DNA of 64,000 nt, taken from Octopus bimaculoides (taxonomy: Eukaryota). Location: positions 58,565,892 to 58,629,891 of the forward strand of contig NC_068994.1 of NCBI RefSeq assembly GCF_001194135.2, read 5' to 3'. Within the stretch, counting starts at the first letter, position 1. Each line of letters starts with the position of its first letter. The position numbers and the translations under genes are program-made. Positions 24,827-62,199 of this stretch are shown piece by piece. The notes under the pieces were generated by a model. That model had not been told where the DNA came from. It searched no databases and saw nothing but the letters and a program-made list of their open reading frames with translations.

Positions 24827-26399
24827 AGCTTCGCTTTCAGTTTATCAGATTTGATTTGGAGCTGGCTCGTTTCTAAAACTGAGCTGTAGAAGATGACCGA
24901 TAGTCAACGGCTTCAGAAATGAACGAAAAATTAGATAAAAGAAAGAAAAGATGGAGAGAGTTCAGTTCCATGTAAAAGCAAAAGGACGTGTCTCGATCTT
25001 GTTTGAGAAAATTGATGTTAAACCAGTGACAATCAGACGGTGATGTATTTTTCCTGACACTAAACTGTTTACAAGCAAAGCAGGCATCGAATAGTAAGAG
25101 CGCAAAGAGAGGACAAACTGACAGTTTAGTTTGACGTACAATATAAGACACTGTAAGTAGTTTCTCGGATCCAAAGTGTGGAGGACGGTTTAAAATGAGA
25201 GGGGACACTAAAACAACGACACCGAATGTCACGTGATGTAACGGAGGCAGTCGTTGTTTTGGTAGCATTTGTTTCGTATTTTGTTTTCGGAATAATTTTT
25301 TCCTGGGAAAGGAGGGATACATTGATTGATGTATGTCTTTATAAAGGTGTGTGTGTATAAATCAAGAAGAGATTTTGTACTTTGAGGAAATGCGTGTTTG
25401 AGGTTTCTGCCAGGCTCCATCTTGGAAGATATAATAAAAAGTTTGTTGGACAGCTGTGATAAAAGTTCAGCATCGTTCTTCTCGTTTCTTATGTGAATAC
25501 TTCTGTCGAGAACTAACTTTTCCTCGAAACACACCAACCTATCATATTTCTACCTTCTTTCTAGCTATTCCCGCCGTCCAATATAATGCAGGATAGCCAT
25601 GTGTCTCCTACTATGCGTCACTACACACCTGTCCTTGTCTTTCTACCATAGCTTAGCTTCTCAACACATGGCCCCCTTCTTAAATACTCCCCCTACTTAG
25701 TTGAGGGGGCTTTTTCTTCTTCTTTTCTCATCTTGCAAGTTACTTGGCAACCACATTTGTGCGAGTGGCATGAAAAAATAAAACACCAGTACAAGCAAAG
25801 AAGTGGTTGGTGGTGGGAAGAACATCCAGTTGTAGAGGTCATACCAAAAATGACACTGGACGTTAACGTGACTCTGGGCCTCACTGGACTCTCGTCCAAC
25901 CCATGCCAAAGCGGAAAACACATATCAAAGTATGATGATTATATATTTTATCATCATCCTCATTTAACGTCTGTTTTCCATGCTGGCATGGGTTGGATGG
26001 TTTGACAGGAGATGACCAGGCAGAAGATTACACCAGGCTTCAGTGTCTGTTTTCACATGGTTTTTACATCTGGATACCCTTCCTAACACCAACCACCCAA
26101 CAGAGTAGACTGAGTGCTCTTTACGTGACACCTGTACAGGTGAAGTCAGTTCAGGTGAAATTTGATGATTTTTATGTCTCCATATGTCTCTGTTTATCAG
26201 GAATAACTTGATGTATTAGTGAACAGACAATGGTGTAGGAGAGCATAAAGATTAAAGCTGTAGTTGAGAAAAAGTTGGCTGACATAAGAGGACTGGAAGC
26301 CATCTGGACACTGGACAATAGTTTAACTGTACTATGAAGATTTGCACTGGGTGTCCAATTGCTGACATCATAACTGCTGCTCAATACTCTGTGGACACC

Positions 26400-26545
26400 A
26401 TAAAGGCTTTAAGACATAGCACGGATATCAAGAAAAGCAAGTTCCTCCAAAACTGTGAAGGTCTTTCAGTGTGTTTCCAGTGAGGGTGGCTTCATGCCAT
26501 CTCACATCTTTGTAACAGAGCCTCAGGTACTGGACACCAACTGAT
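26400..26545 (+). mobile_element. Tc1/maT-like transposase fragment
   Basis: VKVFQCVSSEGGFMPSHIF resembles the VMVFGVVSSEG..MPPHIF motif. Confidence 0.4.
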
Positions 26546-27463
26546 ATCCGACGTCTGCTGTTAACTCCATACATGAACATAAGCCAAATGAATGTGGCAA
26601 GAAGGATCTAAGACCTGCTTCTTGTAGATTCTTCACTTTAATGAGAAGACCACCTCCACCATTTACAAGGCATCAGCATCCTACTGGACCATTCAGGATC
26701 ATCCTTATGCAAACACCTATCAATGAGGTGGTCATGCGCAGAAAAACAGCCTTGGGCACTTCCCCATTCGCAACACTAACATGTGCTTCCGTATATAGTA
26801 TACCAGATACAATGCTCCAAATACAATTGTTACATCAGTATCACAGTCCAACCACCCCCCACATCCAAATGAAGGAGTACTTCACTACAGTTGTGTTTTT
26901 CTCCTACAAACACCTGACCAAATGCAGCAACACCACTAAAGAGAAAGACGCCGCCATAGTAGCTTTAGAGAGGAACGCAGGAAATCTTTGTATCAAAGAA
27001 GCTACACTGATCTACCACCTCAAGCTGAAAAATCAATGGTTGATCAGAGATGAGCCAGTGGCTCCTATGAATACATCATGATGACTACAACCAGCATCAT
27101 AACATATGCCACCAACACCATTTTCCACCACCAGCTGAAAATACAATGACCAACAGTTGCTACTGCTAACTCAAATACCGAGCAGTTTAAAATAACAAGA
27201 TCTATGTAAATACACATTTCTTTGACTACTTCCTTCAAAATGGGTTTTTTTTTTTTTTTTTTTTTTTTGTAAAACTTTCTGCATTGTTAGAAGCTTTCCT
27301 TATTTTCCTTTTTTTTTTTTTTATTTCTAGTAGTTTGTTTTGCTAGGATCCTTTGAAATAGTTTATTCTTTGTGATTTAAAGTTTTGCCAGGAACTGGCT
27401 GGCAAGAAATAGTGAGGTATCAGAATAAATTTATTTGTTTCTTTCCAACATTATTTGAATTAA

Positions 27464-27673
27464 CCCATGAGCATTTAAACTGGCCATATCCTATCGAAAC
27501 ATTCTCCCGGTTTTATGTTCAAACTGGCTGGATCTGGCCTCTCACACTTACCTTACAATGTCATATTAAAAATATACAATCACATCACTGAAATCTTAAT
27601 ACTACAAGGTAATGCATGACTAATTCAAATGAATGCAAATCACATTTGATAGAGTAATGTGAATGCTAAAGGG
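27464..27673. mobile_element. piggyBac-type MITE (~210 bp)
   Basis: TTAA-CCCATGAGCATT ... AATGCTAAAGGG-TTAA terminal inverted repeats with TTAA on both sides. Partial copies at ~42290-42455, 43570-43690, 47585-48004 and 55280-55430. Confidence 0.7.
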
Positions 27674-27859
27674 TTAACACAAAAAAATATTTTTATTGAA
27701 AGCATTTTTGGGGGGGTGGGGTGTAAATAAATAAAAAAAAAAAACTTTATTATTTTGTAGCAGTTCTTCCTCTATAAGTTTTGTTTTTCATTCCTGAAGT
27801 TTTAATAAAATTTACCACTTTTCAAACCTGACAAAATGCCAAGTAGAACAAAAAAAAAA

Positions 27860-28420
27860 AATGAGCATTTTCAACATTTGTTTCTCAAATCAAAGTTCCA
27901 AAGCTGTCAATGTCACTCAGGACATTTGTATGGTGTATGGAGAAGGCAATATTATTGAAAGAACTGCATAGAAATGGTTTTCAAGCTTCAAAGAGGGGAA
28001 GTTCAATTGGCCAATCTGTTCAGTTCAATGAAGATTGATAGAATGACCTCATTCTCAAGGACCTGTGCCAATCCACAATAGCACTGGCCCCACAAATGGG
28101 ATACTGTCATGATCCCATTGCCCATTACCCTCATTTGATGAGTAAAGTCCAAAAACTCTGTGCAATATGACAATGCTCATCTCGACATCACTGATTTGAC
28201 CAAGAATGCTATTCAAGAGCACATTTGTGAAATTCTACAGCATCCACCATATTCTTCTGATATAGCACCTTCCGATCATCACCCTTTTTCGGTTGCTCTT
28301 TAACCGTTGCAAGGCATTTCATTCAGCAGCATGGAGATATGAACACCTGACTCAATGAATTGTTTGAGTTAAGAACCAGTGATTTCTAACAGCTGGGGGC
28401 AAGAAGTTGTGAATAATGAA
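27860..28420 (+). mobile_element. Degenerate mariner transposase remnant
   Basis: HTH-like DICMVYGEGNIIERTA*KWFSSFKEGKF near 27920-28000 and HPPYSSDIAPSDHH (YSPDLAP-type motif) near 28242-28285; many stops and frameshifts. Confidence 0.65.
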
Positions 28421-29104
28421 TGCAGTAGCGTATGTGTTTAGCAGGACACAGGTTAATGGATCAAAACATGTTAATGTTCAAATAAAAACAAGACAAAAAC
28501 CATGGAGCTGTTTCAAAGTTTTACTACAGCTTTTAAGAAAGCTCAAGAATACAAACCTAAGAAAATAGCTGAATTAAGAAAAAAGGTTAGACTTATCACA
28601 AAGAGGATTGCTTTTTTTTTTTTTTTGAAGTTTTAGTTCAGGTTTTTTTTTTTGTTTGTATGTATGCATGTGTGTGTTTTTAAATGAAAAAATAATGAAA
28701 GAAAAAATTTAAAATAAAAATTATGATAAAATGTAGTAAAGACATTCATTCACCTGTGTCAAACTCCTCCATCCAAACAACCCACCCATCCATGTGGCAC
28801 TCATCATGCGCTGGATGATGATTAAGTTTTGTAAAGAAAGAGAAAACCAAAATAAAGAAAAAGAAAAACAAACAAACAAAAGGAAAACACCATCTGAAGG
28901 CAAAGATATCTATGAAATATGGAGGCAGAAGGAGATGTGACAAATTGTTATGATGCCAAAGAGAATTTACAAGCAACCATTTAAAGGAGAAAACACAGAC
29001 CTTTTTAGTTGAAGAACTATTTAAAAAAAATTGTATAAAGATGTATTCGTGTGTGTGTGTGTGGTGAGGTGTATATATATATATATACATACACACACAC
29101 ACAC

Positions 29105-29178
<74 letters not shown>

Positions 29179-30309
29179 TATAATTATAAACATAATTATA
29201 ATCAGGGGTCAGCTAATTGCTTCACCACACACCGAATTTAGAAATAGGAGTTAAAATGCCTTTTCTGCTATCATAGATGTAGCTAATCTGAGTTACGTGG
29301 ATTCATTATTTTTTCTTTTGGCCAACGTAAAAAAAGTGTGTTACTGTCTGGCAGATCTTTATGGTAATAGAAAAGGCATTTAATTCCTGTTTCTAAATTC
29401 GGCACATGGTGAAGCAATTAGCTGACCCATGATTATAATTATAGAATATTTGTATAATTTTACCTAAAAAGGTTATTTTAACGTACCGAAATACTTGGTA
29501 AAATTATTATTAATTCATTAAATTTTATCCTTTAATTATTATTATTGATATATATATATAAACCTTGCAAGGATACCATTTTCCAATATAGCCCATCCAT
29601 TTTCTATATAGTCTTGGAACAGTGTTTCTCAATATTTCCATTTTGTACCAACGAAGGAGACAGAGAAACACAGGGGCTTTTAGTGAAAGAGACAAGTCAG
29701 GCATGTTCCACTTCCTTCAAGACAAATCAATGGTCACTTAGAAAGCTGAGTTTGAAGAGCCATAAGACCCGGAATGACCATCAGAAACATATGGGTTGAT
29801 TTTAATCAAAGGGAACTGAATTGCAAAATGTTTTCAAAAATTCATTTATGAAACCCAATTGACTAATATAGATGCTGGTGTATCAATTATTTTCTTTTGT
29901 GTGATGGACTTCCAAAAGATGAAGTCCACAAGAGAGAATTATTAGTGAAATGGTCCACATTTCAGTGAAATGCTGCCTGATGAAGTGAAATGTGAAAAAC
30001 CTGAAATTTGAAGCCAAGCCATGGGCCAGCTGTTAAAATGTATTTCATTGTTGTATTGGTGCATACTGATGCTATCAAAACGCTTCCAGTCACTGAGATA
30101 TCATCTTTAGTCTACAGCTGACCCTTCAAGAGTCACTTTAAGGAACACTTGAAATATATATTAAGATGGAGTTGTCAGAAACCGAAGATAAAAGTAGATG
30201 CATGACTTGTCTCTTAAACAACAGAAAATTAGTACCTTTACAAGTCCCCCACACACACACATCCATATATGTATATATTATGCTGTATGCGTAAGATTAG
30301 TACACATGA

Positions 30310-30525
30310 ACAACAAAAGTACAAATGAGCCGAGAGGAAAAATTGGGTATAAAAGGAATCACATGTAGCTTTGTGCAAGAGGAAAAAAAAAAAAGAGAGA
30401 GATAATGGATGTGATGCATATGGAGGCGGACATTTGGATAAAGAAGTGCCGAGTGAACCAAGTGGAAGGAATCTGCCACAGAAAAAAAAGGCCAGGGAAG
30501 ACATGGGAAGAAGCAGTGAGGTCTT
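30310..30525 (+). mobile_element. RTE LINE C-terminal fragment
   Basis: EEKLGIKGITCSFVQE...RPGKTWEEAVR resembles the RTE EKLGIRGI...GRPRKTWDEVV region. Confidence 0.55.
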
Positions 30526-30765
30526 ATTTTGGTAGGGCGAACCTCATGAATGAAGTGACATAAGAAAGAAAATAAACAACAAATTATGAAACATTGTGCA
30601 AAGAGAAAACTTGTTCGTGATAGTATGGAGGTGGGGGTGGGGGAACAAGACATTGAAATTATGAGGGAGGGGGGGGGACAAAGAAGCTGGTGAAATATGA
30701 AAGCAAATTTTTGAGGGGAAGGTAATCAGGACCACATTGCATTATTGTTTAACATACACCTGAAC

Positions 30766-31103
30766 CAAACCTGGGCACCAAACTTAATTCATTAATGAAA
30801 ATGTTAACTTTAATTAACAATTAACTTTTTAGTTAACTTAGGAAATCATTATCAGACTAATTAACTTCCATTAACTCAAATCAACTTGAATTAACGAAAG
30901 TTAACTTTCATTCAATTGAAGTTAATGGATTTTATAGTTTTGGCACTTTTTAAAGGTGTTTTTAGAGCAAAAACTGATATTTTGTTTTTTCTATAAACAA
31001 AATTAACGTTAACAGTTTATTGATAACTTCTGCTACATTAGGAAATAATTAACTGATAAACGATTGACAAAGTTAACTTTTTCATAAACGGTGCCCACCT
31101 TTG
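30766..31103. mobile_element. TIR-bounded element filled with TTAAC/GTTAAC motifs (MITE-like)
   Basis: Left end caaacctgggcacc, right end ggtgcccacctttg; the interior is dense in ttaac/gttaa. No clear target-site duplication. Confidence 0.45.
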
Positions 31104-32259
31104 ACCTTAGCTTTAAAAAAAATTAAACAGTCAGGAAATAAAACATTATTATTATTATTATTATAATTAATTGCTGAAAGAATATCTTAGTGAATTTTTT
31201 TTTTTTTTTTATATAATGCCATTTTTTTTTTAACCCTCATTTCATTGCAAAGGAAAATATACAAAATGAATTTATTTTCGTGCTATTGATCTTTCACCCC
31301 AAAATGTCACACTTTATATGGGTGGTGCCACTTCTCTACTTGATAATGGAATCTCCCTGCAACAGGCAAGGTGTTTGTTCCACTACTTCCCATGCCCACC
31401 TCGCCTCAATCCCTGTTGCATATTTCATCCGGGTTCTTGTCTCAGCACCATCTTCAGTTGTCTTCAACCTTCAACATTGCTCTCATCAAATTTAGTCAGT
31501 CACAACAACCATCACCATGACTGTTGTTGCAATTCATTAATAATTAGTAAGTTTCGTTTCAATTATGAAAACTAATTCATTAATTAGTCATCCCTTCTAT
31601 CCAAAAGTTAATGCCAAGTCCAAAAATAATCTGCCAAAACAATGGTAATTCCAGTCGTGACACACGAGAGGACTCCAACTCATTGTGGGAACTCACTCTG
31701 CCTACTTATATAGGGGTAGGTGGCAAGAGAAAAACCTAAAGTTGTACCTAAAGAAACTGAGATGAGGAAGTAATTAGTCAGATCTCACTCCCCGACACAT
31801 CAGGAACGAGAAACAAACTCAAGATCAGAGTCCCTGCTTATCTGAAAACTTTATTTACACTAAGACTTGTACACAGACCAGCCTCCTTGAAGACAATCTG
31901 GAGAAATTCTCAATCAATGAAAGAACCCAGTTTCTAAACCCTAAACACATCAGGGATTTGAGGACAGATGGGAGTGGGGGTAACACCAGGTGAGAACCAT
32001 GGGAGCAGTGATGAAGGAAGGAGAACAAGAGGTTAATAAGGCTAGGGCTATGAGGATCAGTAGGATTGGGGCGGGACACCAGAAGGATCAAAAACAATAG
32101 AATTGTGAAGGCAGAGAGGACAGGAGGGATTTGAAGAAAAAAAATATTTTTCTTTTTAAATCAATCAAAATACTGATTCCTTAAAGAGGTAAAATGTGTC
32201 CCCAAATAGTAAAATAAGCAACACATACTTTTTTGAATGTGTGTGTGTGTGTGTATGTG

Positions 32260-32292
<33 letters not shown>

Positions 32293-34313
32293 GTATACAC
32301 ATATATTCACAAAACCTGCTTCTGAATATGTGTGTTATGTAAGGTTGAGGTAAGCCAGGTGAATAGAAATTGGAGATGGAGAAGTGGAAATATGGAAAAT
32401 CTAGATGAGATACAGTGAGTTGAAGAAAAAAAAACCACATCCTGAGATCTAATCAAGGATGTTGCAGTTGTGGAGTTTAGGCAGGTCTTTTGTTTTTGTT
32501 TATTTTTGCTATTTTTATGATTTCAAATAATATATTGGAATACTGTTTATAATAATAAAGAACAGAGGGAAGTGGGTGGGGGCAAGAAGAAAAGTCACAA
32601 GTCAATATAGTAGAAAAATAGATACACAGATACAAAAGTTCTTGCTTCCATACCAAAGTTTCATTCTAGCATCAAGGAATTTGGGTACAGTGATATTCAG
32701 CATCATTTTGTAGAAGCTCGTCTTCGGCTTTGCAAATTGCAATCAAAGTCTACTGAATATCAAAGATCCTAGATGTTAGCATAATAAAATAGTATGGAGG
32801 CAACAACAGGCACTGAACATGTTTCGTTTATAAAAGGGGAAAAAATAGATTAAAAAGGAAAAGTGAAATTTACTGAGAGACATGTCAGAGGCAAAGAAGA
32901 TGAGGACAGACAGCATTGGTGAGCATGAACGCAAGTGCTCAATGTGCCTCAGTTATGCAACAAGTGGCACATTGCACATGCAAAGTGACACCGCTATTCC
33001 AACTCACCCGAATAGACCCTGTCCCATATACATTCCCTGGACTCTCTCTCCTCATATGCACAATTTTTCTCAGCCTTGCATCACATTCACCAACCAAACA
33101 CAGCATAACTTTTTCACAGCACTGTATTATTTGTCATCACAGCTTGGGAAAATAATGACAAGTTGAAGATTCTTATGGCTAGTTTCTCTTACAAGATGAA
33201 TCAGTGTCTCTGGTCTTAATCTACTTGGGTTGGAAAGCATCAATTCCCATCGGTCCAGTCACCTTCATCACCATAGATATGTAGTCTTTTGCCTTTCCTG
33301 CTTGTTTGTATCAACTTGCAGTCTACAGGGGGACAGTGTAGTAAGACAAAAGAGCTATTTTGTCATCATTATTTCATTCAGATTAGCCACAAGGGCTGTA
33401 CAAGTACATTAATTTGTCATCATGGCACAACTGTGCAATGCCACAATGACAAAATAGCTCTTTTGTCTCTCACTACAAATAGAAAGAATAAAGGTGAAAA
33501 AAATCATAAAAGTGAGAGTTATTGCCCTATGTTATTTGTAGCTATCACAGCTTGAGATCTGGTGTAAAGGTTGGGAAGATAACAAGGATAGAGTGAGGAC
33601 AGAAGGGAAGGGCAGTTCAAAGGGGAAAAAATGGTATAAAATTGACTTTGTGTGTGTGTGTGCACATAACAAAAAAAAAAAAGAAAGAAAAAGAAAAAAG
33701 AACAGCTGTCATTTGCTAGTGAGTATGACCTGGCAACATGCACCATGAATTTGCTAGTTGCCTAGATATTTAGTCATGAGCAGGCTTAGACGGGATCTTA
33801 ATCTAGCAAATCCTCAAAGAAGCGACAACTTGAGAGAGAGTAAAGTGTGCACAAATGCTAAGATGGCATTCGGAGACTGGACCAACATTAATGAAGCATC
33901 TTGCTCAAGAGAACAATGTGTTGCCTGGTCCTGTAACTGAACCCACAATCTTATGATCAGGAGTCCCAATACTGTAATTAATAGGCCATGTGCCTTTGGA
34001 TGATACTTATCAGTGACAGCTTATGTGTAACAAGTGTGAAAGAAAAACACTGTTACCAATGTGTGGGTTTGTGCAAACACACATGGTGCATCCAAATGTC
34101 AAGAAATGAAAGGAAAACTCAATCAAACACTGCCGTATTTAAAGAACAAAAGAAAAAAAATTAGAGGGTAAAAAATGCAATATAAAAACAACAAAAATTT
34201 ATAAAAATAAGAATTACAACTTAAAAATTATTTTTTGACAAATCTCATGTCACAATTTCCTAAATCTTTCTAGTATTCTAGAAACTGAGTTGGACGGGTG
34301 GAGACAAAAAGAC

Positions 34314-34353
<40 letters not shown>

Positions 34354-35881
34354 GTGCCTTCACAAATATAGGTTTTATGCATGTGTGTGTGTGTGTGTGT
34401 GTGTACAGAAGTTTTATTTTGCTAACATTTCTCTATCTTTAAGATTGTAAAGTTATTCTGAAGCCAGTAGAAAAAAAAGATGGGATGGTCACAAACGGGA
34501 TGTCTACAACTTCTTATAGAATTTCCATTAATGTAGGTGTGCCAGGGTACCCAACCTGTCCATCCACCTGGGTAATAGTAGTAATAGCAGCAACAGCAGC
34601 ATCATTTATTTAACCTTAAGACCAGGAAACCTATAATGATCAAAGGCATTCCAGGCATGACTATGCCATCTGATAATCATATTCAGTGGATCTGTGTTTG
34701 AAGAGCAGAAGATGGAGGGAATACAGAGAGATGAGAAGCAAGATGGGTGTGGGGTAGAGCTTAGCCAATGTAGTCGACAGGTTCCTCACCTCAGGTGAGA
34801 ACGAAGGTCTCAACACTTGAGTTTTTCTTAAACAAACAACATAAATACTAAAATTCAAAGAAAACTTCAAACATAGCTTGCAGTGTGTGAACATACGCAC
34901 ACACACACACAGTCTATGTGCATTAACATCGCACACATTCAAACATATATACATATGTATGCAAGGACCATTGCACATATAGACGTGCACATGCATATAC
35001 ATATGTATATACATATATAGATATATATGTATCAATATATATCTATAGATACATATATATGTGTACGTATATATTATATATATATATGTATGTGCATGTA
35101 TATATATTATATATATATAGATGTATGTATGTATGTGTGTATATGGAGAGAGAGAGTATGAAAAAAAGAAGCAGTATTAACAGAAGGGTGGTGAGAGCCA
35201 CCCTTAAAAATGATCAGCCAGGTCACTGTTGAAGTGATCAGACATCTAGGGGTGAGCAGATACTAAAAGTTAGGATGGAGGGTGAAGGGGAATGACAAAG
35301 GGATTGAGCACACAACTGAAGAAACATGAAATGGAGAATGGAAAACAATTTGCAATACCAATATTATTTAGTAAATAATAATAATAATGGTGATTTCATT
35401 TAAGTGTTGTCCTAGCTTAGGAAAAGTAGGGTGGTATAGTAGATTAGAGTGGATTATCCCAGCCTCTAACTGGATGGGATTTTATTTAATCAACTTTGGA
35501 AGGATGGAAGTCTAGATTCACCTCAGCAGAATAAGAACTCAGAACATAAAAGAGGAACCTAACAAATACTGTAAGGGTAAGTTATTTGTCCACTGCTTTG
35601 TTAACTCTGCCATCTCCTGCCCAAATAATAATAATAATAATAATGATGATCTAACTTAAGGCCAGAAAATTTAGGGGACGGAGATATAGTCAAATCAATC
35701 CCCAGTATGTAACTGGTATGTAAAAAAAATAATAATAAAATAAAAACCAAGAAAAAGAAGTATTTCATTTCNNNNNNNNNNNNNNNNNNNNNNNNNNNCA
35801 TCAATGGTTACAGCAGTCAGACAGGTTTGAAACAGGAATGTCCATAGTCGTTCAACTGGCACCGGGAGAGCTGACGGAAAC

Positions 35882-58571
<22,690 letters not shown>

Positions 58572-58655
58572 ACTGATGTCAGCTAAATTTCTCTGGTCCC
58601 TTTTAGCTTCCCGTCTGAGCCGTTAACTTTTTCCTGGCTATGAACCTTTTTGCAC
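58572..58655 (-). other. PDCD4: PDCD4 5' UTR portion of the first coding exon (implies an upstream non-coding exon)
   Basis: Pyrimidine tract plus AG acceptor at 58656-58657 (tttttttctttattcatgcag); in-frame TAG before the ATG at 58571. Confidence 0.6.
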
Positions 58656-60354
58656 CTGCATGAATAAAGAAAAAAAAATATTATAGGAAGACAGACATCG
58701 ATGCAGAAATGGTTAATGTAGTCAAAAATCTGCACTCTTAGGCACAATGCATCAAGTTTAATTAGCTGGTTCAGGAGTCTGATTACTGCATAAAACAGTA
58801 CAGGTAATTAAATGGGGTGCTAGCATGCCAAACATGTTACGAATGAGTTTAGGGGTCAGTAATTGCTTCCACGTTAAAACTCCACCTATATCCTATGATG
58901 ATCTCTCTCTCTCTCTCTCTCTTTTATATATAACACAGGAAGTAGAAACTCGCTACCTTTGCATGTAAAAAAAAAGACAACTTTTCTTACTCTCACTATG
59001 ATGTTGCAAATATTCAGCGACAATTTTTATATAATCTATAGCTACTATGAAGCTTTTAATCATGATCAATATTAGAGTAAACTATTTGTTGAAAAAATAT
59101 AAAATAATCCCAACAATATCAGCTATTCTACAATAAATAAATACAAGTGTGTGGACATTGTTTTTGTCTGAGCAGATATTTTAAGTAAAGTGGAGCAGAT
59201 CTTTTATTTTGTGTTTTTGTATCTGCTGGGACAGTGGAAAAAAGCACCCAGTTCACTCTGTAAAGTGGTTGGCATTAGAAAGGGAATCCAGCCATAGAAA
59301 CCTTACCAAAGCAGACAAGTGCAGCCAGGTGTAGCTCTTTGGTTTGCCAGTTCCTGTCAAACTGTCCAACCCATTCCAGCATGGAAAAACCGATGTTAAA
59401 TGATGATGATGATGATGATGAGAATGATATCAACACAAAAAATGTTTCCAAAAATATAAACAGTTATTGTCCAAACCTGGGCTGCTTCGATTTCCATCAC
59501 ACTTAAGTAATGTCATAGATTAAATTTACACAAATAATTGATGATAGTCACAATAATTCCCATGACTAATTAGTCAGATCTTGTTAAGTAATTTATCTTT
59601 CCTATGTTTTTCTTTTCCACACGTTCCTTCTTGAATTGTTGAGCACTTCTGTACCAATCTATCATCCTCCAACCGCATTATGCGCAACAGTCTGCACTTT
59701 TCTTGCATGTTACACTTGACTCTTTGTGTTCAGTTCATGCACATTAACATTACGCATCTAGCAGAGCAAACAGCAGATTCACTTCATGTTTTCTTTTTTC
59801 TTTTTTCAAGCCACCACACATTTTCAACATTCAGTGCCTGTTTCACAATTATGTGTCCAGGGCTAATGATGAGTCATAGATTAATCACATATTTCTTGTA
59901 TTGATTAAAAGCACACAACAAGCATGGCCAATGAGAATAATGATCAAGCTAGTTTTAAACACCCTAACCTGTAAAAGTTGAAGCTTAAAAGCTGTAGCTA
60001 TGCTGTTGGGGCTTTTTTATATCATTTATTGAAGAAGTTACAAACAATAAAACATAAGACAAAAACTTGCAGAATATATTAAAAAAAAGCTGTTTTATCA
60101 AAGGGTTATAAAAATATCATAAAATCAGGAACATCTTTCTTCAAGAGTTAATTCAAAACTATGTAAAGTACAAAGCTTAAAACTAATAATAATTACAATT
60201 TATATTTAGTAAGAATGTCAGTAGTTTTACCAACTCAAACTCTAGGAACCCAATAAATGCTTCCAACTCCACTGATAAGCAACATTGCATTGTATGCAAT
60301 CTACCTTTCACTTGGAAAGAGCCAGGCTTCCCTCGTCCATTCTTAGACAGGATA

Positions 60355-60620
60355 GCAAAGGCGCATGTGGCTTAGTAGTTAGGGTATTTCGCTCACAACT
60401 GCAAGGCTGAGAGTTTGATTTCCAATGGTGCATTGTGTTCTTGAGCAATACACTTTATTTCATGTCGCTCTAGTTCACTCAGCTGCCTGTAATCCAAAGG
60501 GCCAGCCTCGTCACATTCTGTGTCGCACTGAATCTCTGAGAACCACTTGCACATTAATTTCACAGGCAGGCTGTTCTGTTGATCGGATCAACTGGAACAC
60601 TCGTCATCATCATAAGTGGA
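60355..60620 (+). mobile_element. tRNA-derived SINE, further family
   Basis: Head ggcgcatgtggcttagtagttagggtatttcgctcacaac..gagtttgatt followed by ttcttgagcaatacactttatttc; minus copy at ~33780-33975. Confidence 0.6.
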
Positions 60621-62199
60621 GGCAGAATATTATTCTTTCAGAGAACACTTTCACAGCTATTTAGGTCATCAACAAATGCTATCAACTACTTCTAGGGAAC
60701 CTTCAAAGCATTTAAAAACAAGCTTCATTGGTGAAGGTCATTATTAACCTGGTAACATGCTCGTCATTCCACCTCACTTCTTGCACACATTTTATGCTAA
60801 GCACAGAGTACAGAATTCCAATCTGTTTCTCTTCTGTAGGCAGAACATGGTAACTCCCCACAATCCCAGACTTTATCTCCATCATCATTATCGTTTAATG
60901 TCCATTTTCCATGCTGGCATGGGTTGGATGGTTTGACTAGGGACTGGCAAGCCAGGAGGTTGCACCAGGCTCCCAATCTGACCTGGCAATGTTTCTACAG
61001 CAGGATGCCCTTCCTAATGCCAACCACTCCGAGTGTAGTGGGTGCTTTTTACATGCCACCAGCACAGGAGCCAGTCAGGTGGCCCTGGCATCAGTCACAT
61101 TTGGATGGCGCTTTTTACGTACTACCGCCATGTTTGAAATTTCTACTCTAAGTCAACAACTTATGAGAACTTGGTAATCAGCACACACAAGCTCAAAAAA
61201 CAACTCCTCTAAAACTCCTCTCATGACCTGAAGAAACAGAGGGTTAGAGGACTGACCCCCTGATGGATACTTAACTGTAGGCTAAATTCCTTACTTATTG
61301 CTAACTCTTTCACCTTGCTGGTGACATCTCCTTACGTGGCATGCACCAATTCTCAAAAGCCTTTCATTTACATCAAGTTTCTTAGAGACCACTGAGCAGA
61401 GTCACCAGGTCAATGAATGATAGATGGTGGTGGTGGTGGTCTTGTGGCTAATAATTTCTGTAGTTGTTCAGCTAGGAAGAGGGCATCAGTAGTAATTGAG
61501 TCAAACACCTACTAAAACTATTCCTGTCCATCCATTTCATAGTTGCTTCTTTCTAGGGTACCTTGTAGCAGCTGATGATGTTATGAGTCAGTATGACACC
61601 TTTTTCTTTCTGACAATGCAAAGGACTAGCATCTGTCATTCAGATATTTTCAGCATCTCACAAACAATCCATGATGCTTTAGCTCAGCGCTTCTCAACTG
61701 GGTTCCAGATAAGATTTTGTTGCTAAACTTCATGTGCAATAAATTTGTTACAGACTTCTACAAATACACAAAATATTTTTTATTATATTTAATTATAAAA
61801 ATCTAATGGGATTTTTTAAAGCATTGAATGGCTGTGGAGCCCAGTAGAGGAAAATGAGAATCACTGATCTAGCTGCTTTCTTGGCCTTCATGTCCATTAA
61901 TCACAAGTTCAACCATATATAGCTGTTTAATTCAATAGCTGTTCCCTCTATTGGGTCTACTTGCAGTAGGCCTTATCTTGCCCATACACTCATTCAGCAA
62001 TTTCTCGTACTAACATTGCCAGGTCTCCTTGTTGCTGTCAGTGAGGAAAGTGTGTTACTCTCTCTTTCCAAATGCACATTTCCCCCCACCATCATGATTT
62101 CTACCTGACACTGATTTGCAATCCAATCCAGGCCTCTGAACAATTGACAAGCCTCAATATTTTCAGCTTCTCTTTCTTCCTCTCTCTCTCTCTCGCACT

